From: Chrysochromulina tobinii
Taxonomy: Eukaryota
Assembly: GCA_001275005.1 (NCBI GenBank)
Contig: JWZX01003030.1
Location: 1 to 33,493 of the forward strand
DNA length: 33,493 nt
Direction of reading: 5' to 3'
This document shows positions 21,901 to 33,380 of this stretch, one piece after another. The notes beneath the pieces were generated by a model. The model was not told the DNA's origin and did no database searches. It saw only the letters and a program-made list of their open reading frames with translations. Positions within the stretch are counted from its first letter, which is position 1. Every line of letters begins with the position of its first letter. The position numbers and the translations under genes were made by a program.

Positions 21901-24900
21901 CGGGCGCGAGCCGCCGCCCGGCGCTCACGTTCTCTTGAGCCCACGGCTTGCACGCGAGCTGGTGCAGGGCAAGCTCGACTTTTCGCGCGAAGACCTCGAG
22001 AACGCGGACAAGAAGTCGGACGGCCCCCTGACGTCCGAGAGCGTGATTAAGGGCGGTGAGTACTACTTTGCGCCTGTGACAGACAAGGCGGTGCTCGAAG
22101 AGAACCAACGGCGCGCGGCACACTCTGGCGTCGGCGACCTCTTCTCCTTCGAGGGAGCGATCGTCATGTGGATCGTAATTTCGTGCGTCGCGATGACCTT
22201 CGAGTCGTGCACGCTCGACCCGAGCTCGGAGCTCGCGATCAATCTCGAGAAGATTAATTTGCTCGCCACCGCCGTGTTCACCGTCGAGCTAGTGCTCAAG
22301 GTGCTCGCCTTCGGCCTCCTGTTCACGCCGAACGCGTACCTCAAGTCCGGCTGGCATCAGCTCGACGCGACCATCGTCGCTGCCTCGCTGCTCTCCCTGC
22401 TCGCCCAGGACAACGGCAACCTCTCGACGCTGCGCCTGCTGCGCGTGCTGCGCCCGCTCCGGCTGATTGCCAAATTTGGCAACCTGCGCGTGGTGGTCGA
22501 CCTGCTCATCAAGACAATCCCGGCGTGCGTCAACGTGATGCTCGTCGTCGGGCTCTTCTCTGTCGTCTTCGGCATCCTCGGTGTGCAGCTCTTCGCTGGC
22601 ACGTTCGCGTCGTGCCGCCAAGCAGAGCTCTCCGAGGCTGGCGAGGTGGTCGCCCTCGACGCCGCCTCAGAGAGGTCGTGTGTGCGTGCGGGGGGGCTGT
22701 GGGCCAACCCGGCCCTCGGCTCCTTCGACAACATAGGCGCCTCAATGCTCCTTCTATTCGAGTCGTCGACTATGGAAGGCTGGCCTGACGTCATGTACTA
22801 CACCATCGACGCGACGGCTCCTGGACGTGCGCCGGAGCGCAACACCTCGCGTGCGCAGGGGCTCTTCATGGTCGCGTGGACGGTCGTTGGCGGCATGTTC
22901 CTGACCAACGTCTTCGTGGGCGTGATCGTCGACCAGTTCGCGTACATCAAGAAGGTCGACGACGGCCTGCATATGATCAGCGAGGAGCAGCAGGAATGGG
23001 TCGACTCGATGGCGAATCTCCTCTCCCTCAAGCCCAGCCGGTACCCTCCGGAGCCCAAGAACGACCGGATACGCGCGCGCGTCTATCGTATCGTCTCGCA
23101 CAAGCGCTTCGAGCTCGTCGTCTTCGGGGTCATCCTGTTCAACACCTGCTTGCTCGGCCTCGATGGATTCGATGATTCGTCCGAGACGCTCGCAAAGCTC
23201 CAGTTCGGCAACCTCGTGTGTACCCTGCTCTTCGGGCTCGAGGCCGCGGCCAAGATCTACGCCCTAGAGGCCGGCGAGTACTTTCGCGACCCGTGGAACG
23301 TCTTCGACTTTTTCGTCGTCTCGTTTTCGCTCCTCGACATCGTCGAGTTCATCGGCGCCTCCATTGGATTCAACCCTTCCCTGCTGCGCGCGCTGCGCAC
23401 GGCGCGCGTGCTGCGCATCATCCGCACCGTCAAGTCGGCCAAGGGCCTGCGCGTACTGCTCACCACGCTGCTGCTCTCGCTTCCCGCGCTGGCCAACATC
23501 GGCGCAATCTTCTTCATCTTGCTCACGCTCTTCTCGATCCTTGGGATGCGCCTTTTCGGCCACATCGCGTACGGCAACTACCTCAACCACAACGCGAACT
23601 TTTGCAACTTCCCGACCGCGATGCTCACGATGCTGCGCTGCTCGACGGGCGAGTCGTGGAATGGCCTGATGCACGACGCGATGATCATGCCCGGTGTCGT
23701 CTATTCGGACGTGGACGTGCAGCATTGCTCGCCAGACGAGGGCAACTGCGGCAACCCGCTCGCCTCGATGCTCTTCTTCATCGCCTTCCAGATCAGCGCG
23801 AGCTTCATCATCCTCAACATGATGATCGCACTCATCCTGGAGGAGTATGGTAAGGAGGTGGGGCGTGGGAAGCACCGCGTCTCGGCCGACCACGCGGAGC
23901 TCTTCGTGGAGGCGTGGCAGCAGTTCGACCCGTACGCGACGGGCCGCATGCATGTGCGCCATCTGCATGCACTCATCCGCAGGCTGCCGCCGCCGCTCGG
24001 CCTCGACCCGAAGCAGTTCTCCTTCTCGATCGTCAAGGACACCGATGTGTCCAACTACATCTCGAAGCTCAAGGACATCAAGTCGTACGTGAACGAGGAG
24101 ACGGGCGCACCCGAGGTGTCCTTCAACGAGTTGCTGCAGGCGTGCACGAAGGCCGCCTTCTCGGGCGTCGCTGAGGCGGTGGATGGGCTCCCTATGGAAG
24201 CCAAGATCGTCAAGGAGCTGCAAGAGCAGATGAAGAACACGCTCGAGCAGGGCCTCGACCCGCGCACCATCGCGAACAACAATCTCATCGAGCTCACCGC
24301 CGTGTGCACCATCCAGCGCCGCTGGTTCGCTTCGAATCCCGGCAGGAGGCAGCGGAACGCCAAGGCGAAAAAGGAAGCCATCCGGCTGCGCACGCCAGGC
24401 ACGCTCGTGCCCTCGACCTTCGCGGGGCGCGTGCAGCACTCGACAGTCAATTGGGGCGGACGGCTCTTTGTCTTCGGCGGGCGCGCCGAGGGACGCATGC
24501 TTCGCGACTTTTGGGAGTTCTCGTTCAATGCGGGCTATTGGGTCGACCAGTCGCACACGGTGCCGGTAAGGATGCGACCGCGCTGCGGCCACACGGCGAT
24601 GATCACGGGCACCTCGCGCATGCTCATCGTGGGTGGCCACGATGGCGAGCACTTTTTGGCCGACGTATGGGAATGCGAGCTCAACGGCCTCTATTGGCGT
24701 CAGGTGGGCTTCAGTGCCGGCGAGCTCCCTGCAAAGATCTCGCGGTCCGAGATCTTGACCAGGCAGCCCGCTTCCGAGGAAGAGGGCGGCGTGCCTCTCC
24801 TCGAATCGTCGTCCAAGCTCGACAATGTGCTCGATCGGCCGTCACGCATGCAGATGGCGGCCATCATCACCATCCAAGCGCACGCGCGCGGCCGCCAGGC

Positions 24901-25132
24901 GCGCGTCGCTGCTGCGTGGCGGAACGCTCTCGCCGACCTTGAATTTGACGCGGCGACGTACGTGCAGGCGATCTGGCGCGGGTTCCTCGTGCGCGCGCTC
25001 AAGGGTGGCGGCGCGCAGCACTCTCGGCTCGGGTCCTCGCCGCGCCGTTTCCGATCGAAGGGCCTACGTCCAGCACCGCCACCGGTCGCGACTGGATCGC
25101 CCTTGGTTCGCGGAGGCGCCATGCGCGATTAG
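18990..25132 (+). CDS. Four-domain voltage-gated Ca2+ channel alpha subunit (EEEE filter) with C-terminal EF-hand-like, IQ and Kelch motifs; exons 18990-20116 and 20425-25132
   Basis: Four S4 segments (RSLRALRPLR, RAMRLMRVFK, RLLRVLRPLR, RALRTARVLRIIR). Pore motifs TLEGW, SGENW, TMEGW and TGESW. III-IV linker MISEEQQEW; WQQFDPYATG...LPPPLG after IVS6. A phase-2 intron from 20117 joins VDVM to YLMVEV. Confidence 0.93.
20166..20302 (+). repeat. Perfect intronic 16-bp minisatellite (GCCCTCAGCACACACC)x8.5
   Basis: Eight identical units 20166-20293 plus a 9-nt partial unit. Confidence 0.97.
20395..20423 (+). repeat. Intronic degenerate telomere-like repeat between two copies of a 21-bp exon-junction duplication
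   Basis: actaaccctaacccgaaccctaccccgaa, flanked by AGGTACCTGATGGTTGAGGTG at 20373-20393 and 20423-20443. Confidence 0.85.
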
Positions 25133-25527
25133 AGAGCACACAGTCCAACCAGGATGAAAGTATAGCCTCCGTAAGTTAGCGGAACCCTCGAGCAGCGGAC
25201 GGCCCCAGAGCTCAGAGCAGGTTTGACCCAAAGGGGTAGGGGGGAGGTATTCTTTCCTGATTCATACACCGCACTATCCCCACCACCTGATTTTGAACTC
25301 AGTGATTGACTAGCAGCGTTCGCGGAACGGTATCCAGTAACGTAAAGACGGTATCGGTATTCGGCAACAACGAAAGGTGTGCTTGTTTGGCCGACCACGC
25401 GCATAACATCGGCCATGTGCTGCTGGTCAGGTGGCGCCCAGGGCCTCGGTCCTCGCCTGCAGGCTCTACTCTTCCTGGCACGCTCCAGCCCGGCAGATAG
25501 CTCATCGTGCGTGTTCACAGTGCGTGT

Positions 25528-27859
25528 TCACATCTCCGTGCGCCTCGGGAGCACGGGCGGCTCGTACGCCGGGGGCGTCGCCAGCTCTCTAGGCTCGTGA
25601 AGCTCGGAGAGGGAACCGGTGCTTCCCAAGGCCAGCGACCCCGAGCTGCCAAAGACAACGTGCAGCGACTGCTGGCTGTCAACGCTGAAGGTTTGCGAGC
25701 AAGCTTGGCGCGCACTCATTGTGCCGAGCCTCGGTGGCATCGGAGGCTCGGCGCTTGAGCTCGCGCTTGAGCTCGATCGGGAGCTCGGCGCGCTCGAGCT
25801 CAGCGGCGGAGGCTGCTGTGCTGCCCCCGCTGCCCCCACCGCCCCCACCGCTCCCATCGCCCCAATAGCTCCTGCCGCTGCCGCCGCCGACGCCGCCGCC
25901 GACGCCGCCGCCGACGCCGCCGACGCCTCCATGCACGCGGCGCGTCGGAGCGCTTCGGGCGTGAGGAGCCGAGATAAGAGCTCACCTGATGAGGAACGTA
26001 ATTAGCCTGCACTCAGAGATGGACTCAGTGATGGACTCAGAAATCGAGATAAGAGCTCACCCTCAATCGCAGACTCCTCCTCGATGAGCTCGGCGTCAAC
26101 CTCCCGGCTCGCGCGCCGAACTCGGCGCCAGCACACCCCGAGACGCCGTCGCAGTCGACGAGCTGTACCGGTAAGGTCCTCCCATACGAGCCGCGCACAC
26201 ACACCAAAATAGAGCATGCCACCTATGACGGCGCTGCCGAGCACCACCGGCGTAGGCTCAAGCTTGTCGACGATGGACCAGATGAGCGCGAGATTGGTAC
26301 CGAGCACGATGGCGCTCAGCGCGGTCGAGACGAGCTGCAGCGGCGCACTTGTGGCAAAGCGCCCTAGCCGTCTGGTCGACGCTGCAAAGTGGAGAGGGTC
26401 CGTCGGAATGACGATGCAATCACGTCGCACTCAAGTCGCAATCAGTACCTGCAAAGTGGAGCGTCGGCAACATCGCGAAGGGTAGCTGCACTGACTGGAG
26501 CACGTTCAAGTACTCGTTGATGTTGTCGAAGGCGCCCGAGCCGTTTGAGGTGAGGAGCGCCACGATGAGGGCTGGCCCAAGCGCAAACAGCCGTGTCGCA
26601 AAGACTCGCTTCCACGGAGGCAGCTCGATGTCCAGGCAGCCCGACAGGAGGATCTGGCCTGCGTACGTGCACACCATCGTGGAGGCCTGTCCGGCCGCAA
26701 GCAGCCCGATGGCCCACACGTACAGTGACCAGTCGCCCAGGCCATCCTTGAGCGCGACCCCTGCGTTCTCAAGCCCGATCACGCCGCAAATATGGTGGCT
26801 GCCGCCGCACGGCGTACCCAGCCCGGCGCGCACGGGCGGCTGCGCAGGCAGCGGCCCGTTGACTTCCTCGTACGCTGTGCGCGAGAGGCATGCCAAGGGC
26901 CCCTCAGCCGCCTCCTGGCACGTCGGGTCGAAGAACCTGGCCGAGAAGGTGACGACCACCGCCAGGTTGACCAGAAAGGCGAAGAGCAGCGCACCCGCCG
27001 ACTCGACACGCGAGTACCAGAGCGCCTCGTGAACACGGTAGTCGGACGAGCGCTCCAACTTACGAGAGAGTACGAGGCCGCTATGCAAGTACAGGTTGTG
27101 TGGCATGATGACGGCTCCGATCGTGCCCACGACCTGCGTGAAGGCACCCGTCGGCATGGTCGGGATGACCCAGCCTTCAATCACTCCGTCCCACGCCTCG
27201 AGGCCCGAGTGGCCCAGGTTGATGAAGAAGCAGAGCGACATGATGCCCATGAGGACGCAGACAAAACCCTCGAGGTAACGAACGCCAAGGTAGCCGACCG
27301 CGAGAAACGTGATCGTATCCACCGCAGTGATCAGGCAGCCAGCCCAGACCGGGATGCTCCCGTGCGAGAGCAGATTGAATGCGATGCCCGATGCGACCAC
27401 CTCCTGCACGTCCGCGCCGATGACCGCAATCTCCATCATCACGTAGACGACAAGCGAAAGCCAACGCGGGTACTCATCTCGCACCGCCTGCGCGAGGTCG
27501 CGCCCAGTGACCAGCCCCAGCCGCGCACTCATCTCTTGCAGCACGAAGCCTGTCACCGTCGCCCACCACAACACCCACACGAGGGTGAGCCGCGTGTAGG
27601 CCCCCTGCTGCAAATTGTTCTCCAGATTGCCAGGATCGAGGTACGCGAGGCTCATTAGCCAGCCAGGGCCCGCAAAGCGCCACAGCTTCCGCCAGGAGAA
27701 GCGGAAGTGGAGCGGCCCCCCGTCTGCGCTCTCGCTCGTGTGACGAGGTTGTCGTGCTTCGTTGCCCTCCTCATCGTCGCTGCTTGCAGGCAGCGACACC
27801 TGCTCGGCGCTACCGACACCAATCTCCTTACTCTTGGGCGAGCTGCACCAAGGTGCCAT
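25528..27859 (-). CDS. NRAMP: NRAMP family divalent metal (Fe2+/Mn2+) transporter; exons 27859-26449, 26381-26061, 25985-25528
   Basis: FSWRKLWRFAGPGWLMSLAYLDPGN, IGAVIMPHNLYLHS, GLLAAGQASTMVCTYAGQ and LNVLQSVQLPFA. Phase-1 GT..AG introns 26448-26382 and 26060-25986 restore the last two TM helices and an Ala/Ser-rich tail. Confidence 0.92.
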
Positions 27860-28145
27860 CCGGCGCGGCCGCGCCCCGGTCGGCGTCCGCCACGGTTAGG
27901 ATGGTTCATTCATGTTAATACACTGGGGTTCGCGCTGCTGTCAGAGCTGACCTTTTTGACGAAAACGGTGAATGGCGGAATTGAGCGGAATATCGTATAC
28001 AACAGCTGTTTTTGCAGTCGCTGTACATGCGGAATACTGAACTACGCTAAAGATGGGATCATGCGGAATTCTAGAACTAGATGGAGATCGCTGGCTACGT
28101 AGTCGTACGAGCACCGATGTGCGCTCGGGCTGTCTCGCCCTCTCC

Positions 28146-31100
28146 TCAGCCTTTTTTAAGCTGGCGTTGGAGTATGGCTTGCGCCTTTAGCATTAAGGCC
28201 GACGGCGGCGGAGGCGGAGGCGGTGGCATTTTGATGAATTCCTTAGCGAGCGCCGACGTTCCTTTCACGGCAGCGGCGGTGGCGGCGGCGGCGGCGGCGG
28301 CGGCGGTGGTGGTGGCGGAGGAGGAGGTCGCGGTAGCGGCGGAGGTGGGGGCGGGTATGGTGGCGAGGGAGTCAGAGGTGCTTCTTCGGCGGCCAGCAGC
28401 TACAGTTAAAGGGGCTGGAGCTGTTGTTTCTGCTAGTTCTTCGGGGAGCTTGACGAGGCGAAAGAACTCGGCATACGACATCGAGCCGCTGTTGTCCATG
28501 TCGACCATCTGGTAGATCGCGTGGGTGATGTAGTCCGGCACATCGCCGAGGTTAAACATGACCAGCATCGTCTTGAACTCGTTCATGTCCAGCTGGCCCG
28601 ACCCGTCCTTGTCCAGTGAGCGGAAAGCGCTCATCACGCTCGAATGCTTGTCCTTCATCTTCAACTGGATCATGCCCATCCAGTACGCCAACTCCTCCGG
28701 ATCTGCCTCGGCGGGCATCGCTGGAGTCTCATTCTTCGTGAGATTTGATTTGGCTGGCCCGAGCCGCATCAGCAATGGGCTGCCTTGGATGTGCAGCCCG
28801 TCCATCTTCACAAACACGCGATATTGGCCAGCACGCGAGCCGCACCACTTGCACGCATATTTTCCGTTACCCTACGCGCAGCATGCACAAGAGGGTTCAT
28901 CAGGCATGTAAGGCGCCGCATAAAGTGTGCTTGAAGTCATGGAAGGGAAGGTCACGGCCATCGGGAGGGGCCTCGCTGCACACCTCGTCTTCGACGGTAC
29001 TTTCCAGGCCTAGGTCAACATTTTGATCCTGCATCACGACGCCACAAGTGATCCCTGCACCGCCTGACACGCAAGGATTGCCCATCTTGTCGCGGGCGGT
29101 CACCCGCAGCGTGCAGCCATATTTGCCTGTCAATTGACCTGCTCCGAGCCCGAATTTGCGCGACCCTGCAATCGGCTCTGAAGGCCCTCGGAGGGGCAGC
29201 ATAGCCGGATCGATGTAAGTGCCGAGTGGATGCGCCCTGTCAGGATGCACGGTCAGCTTGAAGGGGGAACCCGGGAGTGGCGTTGCCTGATGCCGGAAAT
29301 GCACGTGCAGCAGATAGTCTCCACTCGCGCCGACGGAGAAGAAGACCTTGTGCGAGTCGAAGAGCCGCCCATGGGCATGCAGCCGGCCGGGGTGGAGCCC
29401 ACCGTATGCCAGTCCGATGCCCGTTGGATCTGCGATAAGCTCCTGTGCCCATGGGCCGACTGCTCTCGGTGAGCCACGCGGCGAGCCCAATCCCATCGCA
29501 TACCGGTGCTCGCGTGGACTGCCTCGCGCCGATTTTTGAGAGTTTAGTCTCGATTCCAGCGCCTCAATCTCGTCCTGCCGGTCTTTGGCCTTCAGACGCT
29601 CGCGATTCGAGTCGAGAGCGAGACGATGATTCCAATGTCGCAGCTGCTGTTGCCTCGCCTCCACATTTAGTCGCAGAGCTGTTGCCTTGCCTCTTCGACC
29701 TTTGCGGGATCGTCCCGTGTTCTGGCCGTCCGGCAAGCTCTCTGAATTGCGGCAAGAGTGCCCCTCTTCAACCTTGTCGACCTTGTCGATGGAGAGCTCA
29801 AGCTCGATCGCGTGCGCAAGATGGCCCAAAACGTCACGGTAGCAGATCTGGAAATGCTCCTGCCGATTTGCGGTGATTTCCGATAGTGCCTTCCCAGAGA
29901 GCACGCATTGGGCCGGGTGGGCAGTGGGCGCATCGACCTTGCATGTGAAGGGGCTCCCGGGAAGCGGCTCGCCCATGAGCGATACGCCGATGCTCATCTG
30001 GCCTGGTATCGCCGGCTTGAAGGAGACTGCATATGTGCCATTGCCCAGGTCGCGTATCTTCGCTCGGATTCGTGTTCCGTGCCCGCAGCACCGGACGCAG
30101 ACGAACAGCGCATCGCCGCCATCGGGTTGCGGCTCGCCCTCTGTATCGAAGGCTTCGATTGTAAAGTGAGCTTCGAGCCCGAAAACGCAATGTTGCAGAC
30201 CAGCTCCTGCGACGACGCTTCGCTTCGCTGAGGTTGGCCTCGTTCTTACATGTACGCTGTGAGGCTGAGGGACCGATGCGTCGTCATTATTGATGGCGTC
30301 CCCCACCGATACCGCGCCGCGTACCTGCTGGTGCCGCGCCGCCTCCTCTTTCTCCTTGAGGAGCCGCACCTCCTCCTGCGCCTTCAATCGTGCCGCCTTC
30401 TCAGCAGCAAGTTTGGAATCCTCCTCCCGCACCGCCTTCTCAGCGAGGCAAGCCTCGCTCTCCCTGTCGTTTGCGAAGACCCTCTTTGCTTCGTGATGAG
30501 CCTCGGCCACCGCTAAGGCCTGCTTCGCCTGAGCGAGCGCCTTTGCGCACGAGTCCTGGAGGTGCGCTTCTGCCTTCATCTCTTTCTCCTTGCACCGCTC
30601 CAGCTCCTCGATCGCCGCCCGAAGCGCAGCTTCGTCGGCGGCTTTGATCGCAGCCTCGCGATCGGCGTTTTTGCGGGCGTCTTCTCCTACGTCCATGGCC
30701 GCTTTCGCTGCTTCCGCGGCCTTCTTTTGTTCCTTCTTGGCCATGGCGGCCTCCTGCTCCAGGCGGAACGCTGTCGCCTTGGCTGCTGTTGCAACATCTC
30801 CATCCGTAGCCGATATCTTGGCAGCTGCTGCTTCGGCATCGGCAGCTTCGCGTGCCGCCGCCTCTGACACAGCAAGTAGGGTGGATACATGCCGTGCTTC
30901 CTGTTGGGCTTCGGCGAGTGCTTCATTACCCAGACTGGCTTGCTTCATCGCCTTCTGGTGGGCGATGGACAGCCGCTCCGCCCACGCTTTGCCAGCGCCA
31001 GCGCTGCCTTTGGACCGCTTCACGGCGCGATCGGCCTCTTCGTTGAGTGCCTTAGATGCCGCTGTCAGGTCGGCAACGCGCTTCTGCACCTCTAGATGGC

Positions 31101-31890
31101 GCATTGCTGCTGCGGCTACGGCCTGATCTGCAGCAGCCAAGTCCTGTTGCTTACTTGAGTGCTGCGCACGGCTCATCGAAGCCGCATCGTCGGCGCGTTG
31201 CAACTCGGCGAGGGCCTGCGCGAGCTCCGCATCTTTTGCGATGGCTTCGCTTACGACACGTTCCAGCCTTTGTTGCGCAGCTTCAGCCTCGACGGCGACT
31301 TGGTCCGCGAGCTTTGCCGCCAACGCCTGCTTGTTGTTGGACTTCACGTCAAACTGTGCTGCTGCCACGTTTCGCTCTGCACTCTTGCGCGCTTTCGTGG
31401 CCTGCCGCATGACCTCCTCGGCCATACTGAAATTAGTCTGCGCTTTTAAGACTGCGGTCGACGCGAGCTTTACAGAATTCTTCGCCTCCTCCTCCTCGCC
31501 CCAGGCGAGATCCGCTGCCGCACGAAGTGGAATAGCTGCTGCATGAAGCACTGCACGAAGTGGGACTGCTGCGCTATGAATCGAGACTTCAGATTGTGCT
31601 GCGATCTGAGCAAGCCCACTGTCCTCATCGATGATGGCAAGCCCTCCAGGACGCTTACGATTCGAGCTGCTCTTCGAAGATGGCGTGCGCCGCGAGCTAC
31701 GGCGCGAGCTACTATTGGAGCCACGTGACACACTGTCGGCCTTCGAGCTATTCAGTTGACCCAGCCTGAGTTTCGTGACCGCCGCTGCTGCGCCAGCAGC
31801 TGAGCCAGTTGCTATGTGGGTGGCCAGCGGCGCAGTGAATGCGTCGCTGGCGTAAGGAATGGCGTCGGCTGTGGCCGCAGTCGACGCCAT
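28146..31890 (-). CDS. Coiled-coil + three filamin/ABP280 repeats + EF-hand pair protein; exons 31890-28984 and 28871-28146
   Basis: Ala/Glu/Lys-rich helical N-half. Filamin motifs FTIEAFD..DLGNGTY..PGSPF, GDY..PGSPF and ARDKMGN..VEDE|GNGKY..GSP. EF loops DKDGSGQLDMNE and DMDNSGSMSYAE. Phase-0 GT..AG intron 28983-28872. Confidence 0.85.
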
Positions 31891-32206
31891 TCCGTCTCGT
31901 CACGTGCGTGGGGCTTCGTAACTTTTTTGGTTGCCAAAGTCGAATTTCTTCGAGTCTTTTCATCCCAATCGCGCCTTCCGCCCTGCGGGCATACACTGTG
32001 CGACTGTCCCTGTGCTTCCCGGCTCCCCCCCGGTGTTTTTGAACCGGCGATCCGGCATACATTGCGAGTCTCATTCCGGTACCCCGCTCTACCTGAAACA
32101 TCTCGCGGCGCGCGCGGGCCGGCGGGTGCCGGTGTGAAAGTCCCATGACCTCTCAGGGTTTTTCTTGCCGCTGTCGTTCTGAGCTGACCTTTTCACCGGG
32201 GACGAA

Positions 32207-32809
32207 ATGGCGGATCCGCGGCCTGTGCTCGCTGTTGAGAGGGTCCGGTCAGGATGCAGTTTCATTGTGCAGCCTGTAGACACCTCAATAACACGCCTCA
32301 TGGCTGCCGGGTTCACCGGAGTGCTTGCTCTGGCCGCAGCTGCATCGTCGCACGTGCGCTGTGCTGCGCTTTTACTTTTGCTGCTCACGGCTGCTCTGAT
32401 CCTCAGGCTGACGCGCGTGACCGAGGAATCGTTGGTTGCTATGACTGGTGCCGGCATATGTGTTCGCATGAAACGCTCGTTTGGGTATGAGCATTCGCGC
32501 TTCATTGAATCTGCAGCAATCGCCGACATCTTCATAGCGGAGGCGGTGCGTCTCCACTGTTGCCATTTCTATCTTGCGGTGCTGATGCGTGCCAAGGGAG
32601 ATAGCGACGAGCCAGAGCTCGTGGTGCCATTTCGCCACTTGATTCCACGGCTCAGCGACCTGCAATTGATACTCTCTGGCGCTCGCATGGCAGTGTGGGG
32701 TGCAGAGCTAGCTGAACCTGAAGAGCTGAATGGCCACAAACAGAGTTCTCTGAACGGGCTCCGCCCCATGTGCGACGGCTCAAGTATGGGCCACCCAGCA
32801 GTCACATAG
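32207..32809 (+). CDS. PIGH: GPI-GlcNAc transferase complex subunit PIG-H
   Basis: Two hydrophobic segments followed by VTEESLVAMTGAGI...SRFI..AIADIFIAEAV...FYLAVL...LVVPFRHLIPRL, matching the PIG-H pattern. Confidence 0.8.
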   Translation: MADPRPVLAVERVRSGCSFIVQPVDTSITRLMAAGFTGVLALAAAASSHVRCAALLLLLLTAALILRLTRVTEESLVAMTGAGICVRMKRSFGYEHSRFIESAAIADIFIAEAVRLHCCHFYLAVLMRAKGDSDEPELVVPFRHLIPRLSDLQLILSGARMAVWGAELAEPEELNGHKQSSLNGLRPMCDGSSMGHPAVT

Positions 32810-33380
32810 ACGTACGCTGTGCGGTAAACTAGAAAAAGGCACTGCACCATCTCACCATCGTTCAGGGAGAGGGAGTTTTCAGTGCCCGACTGGCGGTAAC
32901 TATAAACTAAGGTATAACAGTTGGAGTAACAGCTGCGGTACAGCGCTTAATACCGCGCCGAGCCGTACGGCGTCGTACGGTATGCTGCACCGTGTGATTA
33001 GAGACGACTTTACAGTTTAGGATCCCTTTCGTTTGTCGTTTGAATGACAGTCGTTTGCGTCGTTTCTCGAGTCTAATCTAGAATATCCGGATAGCTCGCG
33101 CGCACGCGCGGGTTCCTCTCTGTACTTCTTTTCCGAACGGGGCCGACAAAAATCTAGAAATAATTTTTAATATACCTTGGCGCTTCGGGCGCTACTAGCG
33201 CGCTACCGTATATGTCTGGCTATCCGGATAGCGAGACACACGAAACGAAACGCATGCAAATTGACATAGTTCCAATTCTTCCCCACCCCGTGGAACACCG
33301 GGAGGGAAGCCTCTGAGATTAACCGCCCGCGTGAAAATAGCGCGCGCGCGACCCGATAGGTTTTGGCCGGCGGACCCTTT

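Noticed and set aside
23264..24652. Long antisense or alternative-frame ORFs overlapping the channel, ABCA, ADE2 and NRAMP genes
   Set aside because: These are expected shadow ORFs of high-GC3 coding sequence, with no recognisable motifs.
32892..32914. GGCGGTAACTATAAACTAAGGTA resembles the LSU rRNA helix 69-71 / I-CeuI site (GTAACTATAACGGTCCTAAGGTA)
   Set aside because: The match needs internal deletions and the flanks show no rRNA similarity; probably coincidence.
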